A stretch of DNA of 62,977 nt, counting the filler, from Hyphochytrium catenoides (taxonomy: Eukaryota; Protista; Hyphochytriomycota): NCBI GenBank assembly GCA_900088475.1. It is 16 parts of 16 records of this genome, joined end to end, with 100 filler letters (N's around TTAATTAATTAA, not from the genome) between each part and the next. Parts side by side here need not be neighbours in the genome. Positions count along the whole stretch, not along the records: positions 1 to 2,463 come from FLMG01000842.1; positions 2,564 to 6,497 come from FLMG01003482.1; positions 6,598 to 7,824 come from FLMG01003141.1; positions 7,925 to 8,976 come from FLMG01000970.1; positions 9,077 to 18,656 come from FLMG01001862.1; 11 more parts are not named here. One strand, written 5' to 3'. A program made the position numbers and the translations under genes. Below are positions 1 to 11,568 of the stretch, piece after piece (the first letter of the stretch is position 1; every line of letters begins with the position of its first letter). The notes under the pieces are model-generated. The model saw nothing but the letters and a program-made list of their open reading frames with translations, searched no databases and was not told the DNA's origin.

Positions 1-288
1 GAGAGAGAGAGAGAAGGATAGGGGTCAGGGAGAATACATAGCCGGGAGGCGGGAGAGAGAGAGCCGAAGGACGAAAGACGGCTGAAAGCGCCAGGAGATG
101 GCGGTCGAATGGGGTGGTATGTACAGGGAGATATAGACAGACAAAAATGAGGAAGTGTGGACGGAGAGTTCTGGTGAGAGATTTCCATGATCTAGCGTAG
201 GGCCAGTCTTTTCGTAGAATGTTAGATCATCCACCCAGCCTCACCTCTCTTTTCTCTGTCTTTGTCTGTCTTCTCTTTCTATTCTCAG

Positions 289-449
289 GCTTCTTCAACA
301 TCGAGCTACCCCCGTACAGCTCCTTGGACGTAACCAAAGAAAGGATCCTAACAGCAATATCTCTTTGCGCTTCCCTGGATGCCGATGACGTGATGGACCG
401 CGTTGATATGCGCTATGATGATGGAGAGGATGAGCCAGGCGACTATTAG
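289..449 (+). CDS. Last exon of a HECT-domain E3 ubiquitin ligase (5' part outside the window)
   Basis: A polypyrimidine tract and AG (287-288) precede (T)[35 protein letters not shown]. This matches the HECT C-lobe end 'TCF(F/N)xLxLPxYSSxxxxxExLxxAI', with the catalytic Cys codon split by the intron. Confidence 0.8.
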
Positions 450-1808
450 ACGCTAACAGTTCAGCTCATATCGAAGAAGAGAAGCGAAGGGAAGGGTCTA
501 CTGGCTGCAGCATGAGAGTCAGGAGAGACTTCGTGAAGGATGGAAGAGAAAAGAAAAAGAGGAGAAAGAAGAGCGAGATAGATTGCCTGTTTCTCTTTCT
601 CCTCGTTGCCCGTCTCTAATGTAGATATTGCTATAGGTTAGGCTCACAGCCGAGAGTGCACTGTGCGCAGCACAGGTTCCCAACGCACTGTCATTTATTT
701 ATTTTAGAGACTATGTTAAGCTTCTATGTTCAGATCGCCCCTCCTTTTTCTTTCTCTCTCTCCCTCTCCTTCCCCTACTCTTTCTGCTCTCTCTCTCTCT
801 CTCTCCATCCCCTACTGTTTCTCTCTCTCCCCATCCCCTACTGTTTCTCTCTCCCTTCCTCTTGTCAACTGTCTCCGGTTACCTGGCTTCTCTTGAGTGA
901 TCGTATTAGGAAGCCAGAAGCCTTTCGGACCTATGTCTCCTCAACCAGTAACAGCTATTCTTTCTATAAAGGCTTTTATTGCCACATCACGTTCTGGCCG
1001 TGGATGTGAGAGACCGATCGGTCTGCAGAGAACATCAACGGGAAGCCTGGAAGACTTACTTTTACAAAGCAAAGCAAGAGAGTGTCCAATGTCGCAGCCC
1101 CGTCGATCGGAGGCCTGCAAGGGAGAGCTAATAGGAGCTAATAGCTGAGATTATGTCTCCATTGATGGTGAGCAGGTATCGCCCTGGCCCTCCGATTACC
1201 TAGCTATAGCGCAGATTAACCGATGATAATCTGCAGAGATTTTTCTCATATCTGCGCCAAAGAGAGTTTATTGAGAAAACGCGAGAGAAAGAGAGAGAAA
1301 AGGGGATAAAGATAAAGGTGAAAGGCCTTAGTGATAACTAGGAAAGCACGAGACAGAGACTACAGGTGAAAGACAGAATGATATAGAGTCACACAGAGGT
1401 TAGAGAGAAAAAGCGAGAGGACCGAAAGAGATAGATCAATAGTAAAGGTAAAGAGATACAGAAAATGAGAAAGGAGATGGACATGGACCACATTACAAAT
1501 GAGAGGCAAAAAGAGAGGGAGAGAACGAGACAGAGAGCAGGGTTGTACCAAGGTAGAAGAGGCACCATAGGGAAGACAGAGTGAGAACGAGAGAGAAGAG
1601 GCGAGTCGCGCATCTTCACAACCCTTAGTCTAAATGCGTTCCTTACATTGACGGATTTCTGCCTTTTGCCAGATTGTCAATACATTCAGGCAACCACAGC
1701 TTTCATACTGCTACAATGTTAGGGTAATAAGGCTGATTAAATCTCTGGGGCACTCCTTAGATTGGCGTTTTTACCTAAATGATTAGTGCAGGAGACAGAG
1801 TTGAAAGG

Positions 1809-1877
1809 AGCCAATGGGAACTGGCCTAAGATAACGGTAGCCAATCATCGATGGCCTTTGTCAGTTCGAGCCAATCA
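1809..1877 (+). promoter_or_regulatory. Three phased CCAAT boxes (putative NF-Y/CBF sites)
   Basis: AGCCAAT with CCAAT starting at 1811, 1841 and 1871, exactly 30 bp apart. No downstream gene identified on this contig. Confidence 0.4.
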
Positions 1878-2463
1878 GAGCCCATCTCTAGGTTTCTCAT
1901 ACTCTTGCTTCAGGACTGAGATCAAAAATCCTTGAAAGTAAAGCTATCTGAAACCTATTCTATAAGGTTTCATTCATGCCTGACAAATGCTTTCCATGAG
2001 GACATTGGTGAAACATTCCATTTGAAAGCAAATATCGCTTCGGCAGTTCTACAGTGGTGGTGACCCTGAATTTTTGCATGTGGTGCTATCCATAATCTAC
2101 ATCGTATTGTTATCGATCAGCTTAGTTCTATTAGGAATAAGTCTGAAAGTGTTGGTCTTCCTGATTCGGGGGTGGACAAAGGAAGGAAGAGGAGGGAGGC
2201 AGCGGAACAAGGAAACGAACTGAATGGCGGACTGATCCTCTTCCAAGACCCCTCACATCTCTTTCCTGACGCCAACGCACTCTGTCTTCCTTGTCCTGAG
2301 CTCTGCTACTGTTGTAAAGCACACATTCTAGGTTTCACACCATATCTCTTTCATCGCCTCTGTCTCGCTTGCCTACGATGTCGCTATTTCTCTGTCTCTC
2401 TCTCTCGCGCTTGATTTTCTCTTCCGGTTTCACTGTCTTTTCTCTCTCTCTTTCTCTCTCTCT

Positions 2464-2563
2464 NNNNNNNNNNNNNNNNNNNNNNNNNNNNNNNNNNNNN
2501 NNNNNNNTTAATTAATTAANNNNNNNNNNNNNNNNNNNNNNNNNNNNNNNNNNNNNNNNNNNN
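2464..2563. other. Synthetic contig-joining spacer N44-TTAATTAATTAA-N44 (first of 15)
   Basis: The same 100-bp spacer, with stops in all six frames, also occurs at 6498, 7825, 8977, 18657, 27497, 29785, 32180, 39435, 40784, 42080, 45025, 46488, 57298 and 61459. Confidence 0.98.
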
Positions 2564-5500
2564 ATGGCGAGGTAGACGGGTTTGCCAAATAGGACCCCGA
2601 GGACGACGGAGGTGTTCAGCATGATAAAGATGGACATCAGGATGAACTGCTCGTTGGGGTGGAAGTTCATAAAGGTAAGGAAGATTAGCAGCGCGCCCAG
2701 GAAGCTCGTATTATATATCGCAAAGCCAATCTGCCTGCTCTCATTGAAGCGCTGGAAGCGGCCTCCCACATCTTTGACCCGGAAGCAGAGCAGAGAGCCC
2801 CAGAGTAGCATTAAACCTTCCAACACCACTATTCCCCATGGGCCCCAGCTGTATGTCGAAGAACAGCCTTCATACCGGCTAGGATCTCTGTCATCAGTGA
2901 AATACTCCCTCATCCTAGGTCCGTCTACGCCAGTCCAGACGGCGAGATAGGTCAAAAAGAAGACCAAGATGCCTGCGAAGAAGGCCATGACCTCTGCGTC
3001 CGTGATCAAAAGCTTCACCAGCTTCTTGTTATTAAATATCATCGCCACGCGCCGCGTCTTTGCAAAAAGCGGACCGAAGATGAAGCAGAAGGAGAGATGC
3101 CCGATCCAAGGCTGTGCCATGCAGACAGTGTGGGTTGGGATCGGATAAAGGGTAAAAACCGTGGCAAAGCAGAGAATGGCCCCAAAGCAGGTGACCATGC
3201 TGAAGCGGAACCCACCCCGGAGAAGGATATACTCGCGGTGGTAGGTTAGGACTGCCATCAGTATGACAGCCATAAGAGTATGGATCCCCGCCAGAATAAC
3301 AATGGCCAGCCGGGCACCATTCAGTTGGAAGTCCACATTGTGCAGCACGGTAGCCCCGCATAACCCGAAAGAGAGACGGTCATCCAACGCTGGAAGATCA
3401 TACAGCGAACCGTTACCCGCGATTCCAGTTAGCCAGACTCGCTTCATGCACTGATTGCAGCCCGGACGAGGAAGAGATGCAGTTGCGTCGTCTGCATTGT
3501 CAAAGGGGCCGCACTGTAGGCCGCCGAATGAAAAGGTTCCTGAGTCATAGAAGGCGTCAATGAGCTTCTCGCGGCTGTCGAAGGCTCCTGCCAGCCTTTG
3601 CAGGCCACTGATCAACATTCTGGCCGTTAAGTAGCCCTCGAGAGCTGCAGCCGACTTCGGAAGGGTTTTGTCCAGGCTGTCCATCGCGCTCCTAAAGTCT
3701 TTCACAGCCTTGAGGCCCGCTGCGTCGTTGGGTAGAGGAACCACTCGAGGGACGATAACCCGCTCTGCTGCCAGCTGCAGCGATATGCCCGCCGCGGTCG
3801 CAAGCCGGAAGAGATGCGACTGCATCTCCTCTACCCCTACTGAAGATAGAGTTAAGTACCACATCCCGTCGGACCTCTTCTTCCCTTCCAAAACTAGCCC
3901 AGCCACGACCTCCGGCGGGCCTACTAGTAGCACAGCCTCGGGTGCGCCATCTCTGTCGCTTCTCAGTGCTGCTAACAAACTTTCGCCTGCGATATCCCCC
4001 TGGGCAATGTCCATTGTGGATTCTGAAAAGATCTCGAGGCGCCGGGATGAAAGAGCGCTTCCCAGTAAGGTCCTAGCCTCTCGGCCAGCAGTGTCATCTG
4101 AGTAGATAATGGAGACTTTGGTGACTTGGTAATCCAGGTAGAGATAATTGATCAAACCAGCCAACTCATCAAATTGAGATGCTCTAAAGCTGATGGCGTG
4201 ACGCTGGAATGGCTGGCGTAGCGACATGGCGCCTGACGGTGAGCCGATAAAGGGAAGGTCGGCTGCCAATGCTGCTTCAAATGCGGCTTGCGTGCTTGCA
4301 ATGCCTACCGAAGAGCCTATGATAGCGAGGATCTCTGGATCGCTGGCTAGCGCTTGGATGTTGCTGTGGGCCAGCTCAGGGTTGTTCTGGTCGTCCCTAG
4401 AGACCAGGGCGAGCTTGATGCCCAGCAGGCCGCCCTTGTCATTTACTTCTTGAAATGCAGCACGGATTCCCGCGTTGAAGGAGAGACCTATTGCTGAAGA
4501 ATCGTCCGCGGGCTGCTTGGGGAGCGACTGCCCGAACTTGATGAACTGCCAAACCTTTGCGCGGTAGCCACAGCTGTCAAACTCCAGGCTCTCTTGGTCC
4601 TTCATTAGGCCGTAGGACCCATCTGGGTTTATGGTGGTGAAGGTAATCCTCCGCATGCAGATGTTGCAGCCGCCCTTCACGTCCCGAGGGAGGTAGGGTC
4701 CACATCGCAGCCCATTGAAGTTGAAATTTCCGCTTTCATAGATTGCGTCCAGCAGCATCTCGCGGGTGAAGGAACGGGAGCCGATGCGCCGTATTGCCTG
4801 AACGATAAGTCGCCCGTTAAGATAGGCCTCAAAGGACAAAAAGTCGTAAGGCTGTCCCGGACTGGAAGCGTTAATGGCAGCTTGATAGCGAGCGACGATG
4901 GGTAGCGAGGCATTCGACGGCAAAGGGACAATCTGCGTAATGACAATGTTCTTCACTATGGCGTGGGGTGGCTCCGTGCGGCTGAGGATGAGATCTCGGA
5001 AGGAGTCTGTTACCGCAGAGATAGCAAGGTACATGGTCCCTTCAGGCAGTATCTTCATTGCTTCAAGGATAAAGAGGGCACTAGGGTTGGACAGCCCGGC
5101 TAGGATGACGGCCTGAGGCTTTGTTTCTCCTCCGCTAATTGCCGCAAGAGCCGCTGTAATATTCTCACTACCACGAGCGTAGCGCCCTTCGCTGTGCAGC
5201 CGTAGATTGTTGGAGTCCAAAGCCAGCACTACGCCCTGAAGGCAAACTTCTCCGAAGGAATCATTCTGAAGGAAGATAGCGATTCTGCTGAATTTTCTGA
5301 CATTGATCAGATATTCGACCATGGCCGCCGCTTCATCCATGTAGGACGGTCTGAAGTTTACAATCTGCTTGTTGAAGGGTGAGCGAAGGAAGGGTGCGCC
5401 CGTGAAAGTTCCGATCAACGGATAGCCTGCGGCCAACACAATGGGCATTGCGGCTTCCACAGTCGCGGTGCCCACCCAGCCTACCATTGCGAAGATCTCG

Positions 5501-5862
5501 TTGGTTCTGTTAGTGAGCTCCCTTGCGTACGCTACAGACTTGCTGGGATCGTACTGATCGTTGTAGGTTTCCAACTCGAGATGGAGGCCCTCCAACTCAT
5601 TGTTAACATTCGCCTCGTGGAATGCTGCAGCAAAGCCCGCGCGAGTTGATTTGCCGAGCTGCTGCGCGCTGCCATTGATTACCGCAGACTGGGCAAACTT
5701 GATTGTAGCAGTGGCACCGCACACTGTCGTCCCAAAGGTCGTTTGGGCGGCCGCCTCTAACGTAGCTTGCGGGTTTAGAAGTACGACGGCTGCCCCCAGC
5801 AGAAGCGAGACTGCTAATAACATCTTGTCAGTAGCGACAAGGACCCCACGTTCTTGATGCAA
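2564..5862 (-). CDS. Class C (GABA-B-like) GPCR: signal peptide, two tandem type-I periplasmic-binding (Venus flytrap) domains, 7TM; C-tail truncated by contig end
   Basis: Single open frame of about 1100 aa with a hydrophobic leader MLLAVSLLLGAAVVLL. It has two LivK/Peripla_BP_6-like repeats (IKFAQS..AGFAAAFHEAN..NDQYDP..FRPSYMDE..QNDSFG / IKFGQS..AGIRAAFQEVN..DDQNNP..FRASQFDE..SDDTAG). The 7tm_3 motifs GPLFAKTRRVAMIF (TM3), FNESRQIGFAIYN (ICL3/TM6) and VLFGKPVY (TM7) follow. Confidence 0.9.
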
Positions 5863-6597
5863 AACGTGATATGCTGCTCTTCCGTGCTTGTAGGCACTCT
5901 TGTCGTCAGCAGAAAGTAGGTGACTGGCTGAAACTCCTTCTCATGAATAGCCGGGCTACCCCTGAGAACCACCACTCTGCTGCGTGAAAGCGCAAAAGAG
6001 GTCGAAGCTAGAGTACCATCCACTCTTCTTGCTTTCCCGAAGAGCTGTGAAGCCTGCATGCGCAGCGCGCACTGCCATTGACAAAGAACTTTGCTCAGGT
6101 TATTTGTTAGCGGCGTGAAGTGGGAGAGCGTAACATCAACTGAAGCCGCAGTGGTCCGGGCCGGAGGCTCTGGGATTCTTTATTACCTAGCTTAATGGCA
6201 ATAATAGGGAGGAGCAAGGAGGATGGTGATCGACCATGGCGGTAGCAGCCCGACACAGGACAGTGGTGGGTGGTAGAGGTTAGCACTTAGCATCCCACAG
6301 ATCGCGCATGCTGTATAAGAAAAAAGAAAATAAAACGGAGTGCAAGGCTCCGGCTTGTGGACTGCCATTCTCGAACCTACTACTTAATTGAATAGTCTTC
6401 TTCGCGGTGATGGGTGGGGCGCAAGAGGTTTGCACCAAGCTGCGAAAGTCTTCTCCTTTTCCGTACTCCTCTTTCCCTTCCCAGCCCTCACGGCAGTNNN
6501 NNNNNNNNNNNNNNNNNNNNNNNNNNNNNNNNNNNNNNNNNTTAATTAATTAANNNNNNNNNNNNNNNNNNNNNNNNNNNNNNNNNNNNNNNNNNNN

Positions 6598-7824
6598 TGG
6601 ATTCAAACAGGCAGCTCTCTGTCGCCCCAGTTCTTGCGTGAGCCCTCTTTGCGGGCACAGGACGATAACGGAGAGGCAAGAGGGCGGAGAAGAGTCTCCT
6701 ATGGTCTTTATAATCCCTCGAACTTGAGTCAATGTCTCTTGGTCATACAGACAGAGAGAAGAGCTTTGGGTCTTCGACTCTTTTAGCACCTCTGAAGCAG
6801 AACCCTGTCTGAAACGGGCTTCTAGGCTTGCGAGTACGAAGGGATACGGCGACTAGCACAGAAGGCACAATAGTACGGGTTAGAAAGACGACCATAGCAT
6901 TGAGAGCTTGTAGCTGAGATAACGCCATCTAAAACCCGGTCCTTGAGAATGCAGCCAGACAAATTTGTGACCTAGCACCCAGCTTGAAGATAAGACATGG
7001 CTAGCGCAAAACGTCACTATTCTCTCCCTTATCCGGCTTCTTATGAAATATCTCTATGTCTGAGACTTTGAATCACTCTCCCTGCGCTGTCGCCTACTTG
7101 GTGTTTATACGTGTATCAGCAGCTACATGCGTGGCTCACCTCTTTTCGAAGCTCCTTTAACACTTGGCTTTCTACTTCTTGAGGCGTCTCTGCCTGAATG
7201 ATGGAAGTGGTCGCGGTACTATATCTGTTATAAATCTCGCTGCTGCAGTAGCAATGAGCCAGCCAGGTGTGATATGGTGCAGATGGCCAAAGATGACATT
7301 AGTACGGGACCCATCATCAGGAGAAGTTGAGATCCGACGATCCAGCCATAAAACACTTTCTGTCTAAGTTTCCACCTTTTCCTCTTATTTCTGAAACTTC
7401 AAAATGCCGAGTCCTCTGAACCCCACCCTTTTTCCCCTCTTCTCTGTCACCTAAATAGTTTAGGTTGGCTTACAGAGATTCTTCTTTAGAGAACATGAGT
7501 CAATCTTGATGGGGGCCCAGCTTACTTTGATATCATCAGGCATCTCCTTCTCTGCCGCGCAAGCCTTGAAAATATGCTCTCGTGCTTCTTAGATGGCTGC
7601 TTGGGCCAGTCTGGACCCTTAGATAGCTTTTTCTATCACAGGTAAAAGGAGATAAAATATAACCTTGAGCTCCAAGAGAAAGTCTGTGCGGCGACAAAAC
7701 ATTCCTAAATTCTGTCTTTGCACTCTCTTCGCAATTTTGCTCTCCCTCTCTCTCGCTTGCGTTCTTACCTTTACCAGCTCCATGACCGCTCTGGCATCTT
7801 CAGCACTATCATGCCCCTGACTAT
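6598..7824 (-). CDS. REX1/REXO5-like DEDDh RNA exonuclease, internal multi-exon fragment
   Basis: The exon from 7824 down to about 7769 reads SQGHDSAEDARAVMELVK (ExoIII motif HxSxED), followed by a GTAAGA donor. The next exon reads KKLSKGPDW...ESIFSRLAR..RCLMIS. The C-terminal exon resembles the REX1-family tail. Confidence 0.7.
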
Positions 7825-8219
7825 NNNNNNNNNNNNNNNNNNNNNNNNNNNNNNNNNNNNNNNNNNNNTTAATTAATTAANNNNNNNNNNNNNNNNNNNN
7901 NNNNNNNNNNNNNNNNNNNNNNNNACGTGACAGCGCTTACTCAACGTTACCGGTCTACCTCGTTGGGGGGAGAGGGAAACTTGAGTTGTTACGGTACTGT
8001 AATCCTGTAAACTATCCGTAGTACCATTGCTCCTGGGGGAAGGCTCACTGTGGGATGAACCCTTCCTAATACCCTAATAAATAAACGATACGCTCTGTCC
8101 GCTATCAGAACACTTTTATCTTATACAGCTTGTTATACAGTATATAAAAAACCTCAGCTGAGGTTATTCCCCGTATTTCATGAGAGTTCATTCTCGAAGT
8201 TGCCGCGTGAGATTGAACG

Positions 8220-8976
8220 ATGGCGCGGAAATGGTTCCAGCTCGTAGGCGAAGATGGGAGCGCTCTGACGTCGGCTGATGCTGTTGTCGTGGATATTGAA
8301 GATGTTGCTGCGTTGCGAAAGGCAGTGTTTGCAGAAGTCTCTCGTGCTCTCCCTGCAACTGTGATCGCGGCCGGGCCGACCTCACAGTATTCGCGGACAG
8401 GGCGGCGTACGACGCGAAGCAGAAGCTGCCCAAATCATCGTCAGCAGTCACTGAGTTCGGAAAGGATGAAGACAATGCGCTCATCGTGCAAGTGCCTCAG
8501 CGCGCAAGCGCACCCGAAGCTACCCTTCTCCAAGTGATTCTGCCGCACATTCTCGCAAATGCTCCGACAACTCTGACTGAACGGGACGGTACATTCAAGG
8601 AACGATTGTGCGAGTTTTATGGATGCTTTCGGCGAAAGAAGACGTGGGTGCGATGCATGTTGCTCGATGTTGCTTTTCCAAGGTCGCTCGTGATATATAG
8701 CGTCGCATTTGTTTCGTCGAAGCAATGAATATTTATCGCTTGCGATGATGCAAATAATATCGGATATCGACGACGAGAAGAATCTGTCTGTTGCTGTTCA
8801 AGCCATTAAAATACGCGCTCAATCATTTCCAAATCAGCTTCATCCGTGATGATTCCGGCATTTTTCGTTTAAAGCTGTTCGATCCTCCCTTCCATCAAAG
8901 ACACGCGCATCATCGATCTCAAAGACCGCAAAGGTCATGACGTGCTCACTACGGAACAAACAGGAGTGCTTCTCAA
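8220..8976 (+). pseudogene. Crinkler (CRN)-like gene: ubiquitin-like N-terminal domain plus HNH endonuclease, frameshifted, 3' truncated
   Basis: Reconstruction across frameshifts: MARKWFQLVGEDG...DVAALRKAV...IAA/DLTVFADRAAYDAKQKL...DEDNALIVQVP (CR N-terminal domain). This is followed by FYGC..VRCMLLD..LVI/ASHLF..DIDDEKN/LLLFKPL..FQISF (HNH_2-like pattern C..AxH..N(G)LLL). Confidence 0.75.
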
Positions 8977-9095
8977 NNNNNNNNNNNNNNNNNNNNNNNN
9001 NNNNNNNNNNNNNNNNNNNNTTAATTAATTAANNNNNNNNNNNNNNNNNNNNNNNNNNNNNNNNNNNNNNNNNNNNAAGAGAGAGAAGAGTGACC

Positions 9096-9466
9096 TCCCC
9101 GACCAAAAGAGAGGCAGGAAGCAAGGGAAGTAGAATCGATTTCTCATGCACTACCAAAAAGGGAAAGAGAGAGGGGCAGAGATTCAGGGAGAGAGAAAAG
9201 TGAGAAGAGGGAGAGAGAGAGAATGGAAAACAAGTCATAGCCTATCCAACAAGCCAGGAGCATACAGAAGAAGACGAAGATCAATAGAGAGTGCCAGAGA
9301 GAGAGAGGGGGAGAGAGGAGAGAGAGACAGAGAGAGAGAGAGAGTGCCAAGCGAATCTAGCACATTAGGGTCGGAAAGACAGACTGAAGCAGAAATTGAG
9401 GAGAAAAGAGAGAAACCCTGCCACATAAACAGACAGTGAGAAGTCCCAGAGGAATGGAGCTTAGCT

Positions 9467-9535
<69 letters not shown>

Positions 9536-10218
9536 CGGGAGAGGAGACAAGACAGGGACAATACAAGAAATGAAGCTTTACTACCTTGGAAGGATGCCAG
9601 GAAGAAAGAGAGAGACGTGACGTAGAGAGAGAGAAAGAATCTCCGCTTGTCAGGACGGCGACGAAGCAGGTCTATCGCCGAAGGAAGGAAGAGGAGGAGA
9701 GTGCTGACAGTGCTACAATGTGAAACCGGAAAGGTTAGGGGAAGAGTATGAAATCAGAGAGAGAAAAGAGAGAGAAAAAGAAAATCTTTGATGAATGTTG
9801 GCAACACTAGAAACGAAGAGGTAGAAAGAGAGGGTGTGTGTGTGTGTGAGAGAGATTGGGAGAGAGAGGAAGAAAGGGAGTGCAAGGGACAGAAAAAGAA
9901 ATAACAGGGAGAGAGAAAGAGAGAGAAGGTCATAACGTCCCCTACAGTACATCAGGACGGAGAAGAGACTGCCTTCCCTTCCGCTTACGTCTCTCCTACC
10001 CCTTGTCCTTTTCTCTTCTCTTTGATGACCTGTCCCTCTCTTTTCTCTTTCTTCCTTTCTCCTAAGTTTTACCTTCCTCTGAGCAGCTGCTGGACAGAGA
10101 ATCTCTTCCTCAATTTGAAGAGAAAGTCGAAAGTACACATCAGATTGGCCACTTTTCCTTCAAACAAGCCTCGAGAGAAAGGAAAGATTCGATGGAGAAC
10201 TAGCAGGTCCAGCACCAG

Positions 10219-10256
<38 letters not shown>

Positions 10257-11360
10257 GGAAGAGAGGGAAAGACGACGGCGAGGCGAAAAAGAAGTCAGCT
10301 GAAGGGGCAAAAGGGAGAAAGAGAGAGGGAGACTGGACACAAGAACGTAAGGGTAGCCTAAGGCCTTTCACCTTGGAAAGAGAGAGAGACAAAGAGAGAG
10401 AGCACGATATGGAGGGAAGTTTCCGAGAGGTTGGAGCTAAACATCAGCGACAGATATTACGACATGTTAGGCGTAAAATGAAGGAACAATACACACAAGA
10501 GAGAAGGGGAGGGAGAGAGAGAGGGAGCGAAGAGAAAGAGAGAGAAGGAACGGCGACGATCAAGGGCCACACAGAAAAGAGATAGAGAAGAAGAAGATTT
10601 AGCAAATCAAAAGTACGCCCAGCAACAGAAGGAAGAAAGCCCCTGGTCGGAGAAGAAAGACAAAGGGCTTGAGAAGGAGAAATAGAGAGAAAGACAGAAA
10701 AAAAGGAAGATCTCAACGAGGGTACAAATGAGAGCGAAGAAGAGAAAGAGAGAAAACGCTATATTCTTCAGCCTCTTACAATAGAACAGGAAAGAGAGAG
10801 AGAGAGAGAGAGCGCTCACCTTGAATTAGGCTCTCGGCGCAAGAAACCTCAGGGGCAGCAAAGAGGCAGAAAGGAGCCCAAAGAAGATAAAAAGAGAGAA
10901 AGACTGTGATCCCCAACTTCAGGACATTGAGAAAGAAGAGAAAGAGCCTTTGGCCCGCGTTCTTCTCATCTCCCTTCCTCCAGGAAAGGGAGAGAAGAAA
11001 GAAGAAGAAAGAGGGAGAGAAGTAGAGCGCCATCTGTTTGAAGTTTAGAGCTAGACAGAAGAACAGAGAGCCAAGTACTTCTTCCCCTCTTAGCAGAAAC
11101 AGGACCGACCAAAGAGTTAGCCCCAGGCACACGGCATTATACTGAAGAGAGAGAGAGAGAAGAAAGAGAAAGAGAGAGAGAAAGAGAGGGAGAGAAAGGA
11201 GAATAAAGGTGAGTTTGCCGGTGATTTGAACACAGGTTCAGAGGACGCGAGACTAAAGAGAGAGAGAGAGAGAGATAAAGAGAAAGATAATGAAACAGGT
11301 GAAAAGAACCGACTGAGCGCTATAACAAAAAAGATGGGGCACAAAATGGTAGAAGCATTT

Positions 11361-11399
<39 letters not shown>

Positions 11400-11523
11400 C
11401 TCTTTTTCCTTCTGGGTGGACGTCCTTCTTGCGCTTCGACTCCTTCCATTGAAATGGAGACTGTCGGTCTGCCGCAGTGTCTCTCTTCATCTCCTGAGTT
11501 TTAATTCCTTCTCTCTCCTCGAT

Positions 11524-11568
<45 letters not shown>

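Noticed and set aside
2582-5857. Plus-strand ORFs antisense to the GPCR, and alternative-frame ORFs over 42330-45072
   Set aside because: Shadow ORFs of long real coding frames, with no independent motifs.
7964-8190. Purine tract followed by TGTTACGG upstream of the CRN gene as PPT + LTR
   Set aside because: The tract is not adjacent to the TG, and I found no matching terminal inverted repeat or second copy.
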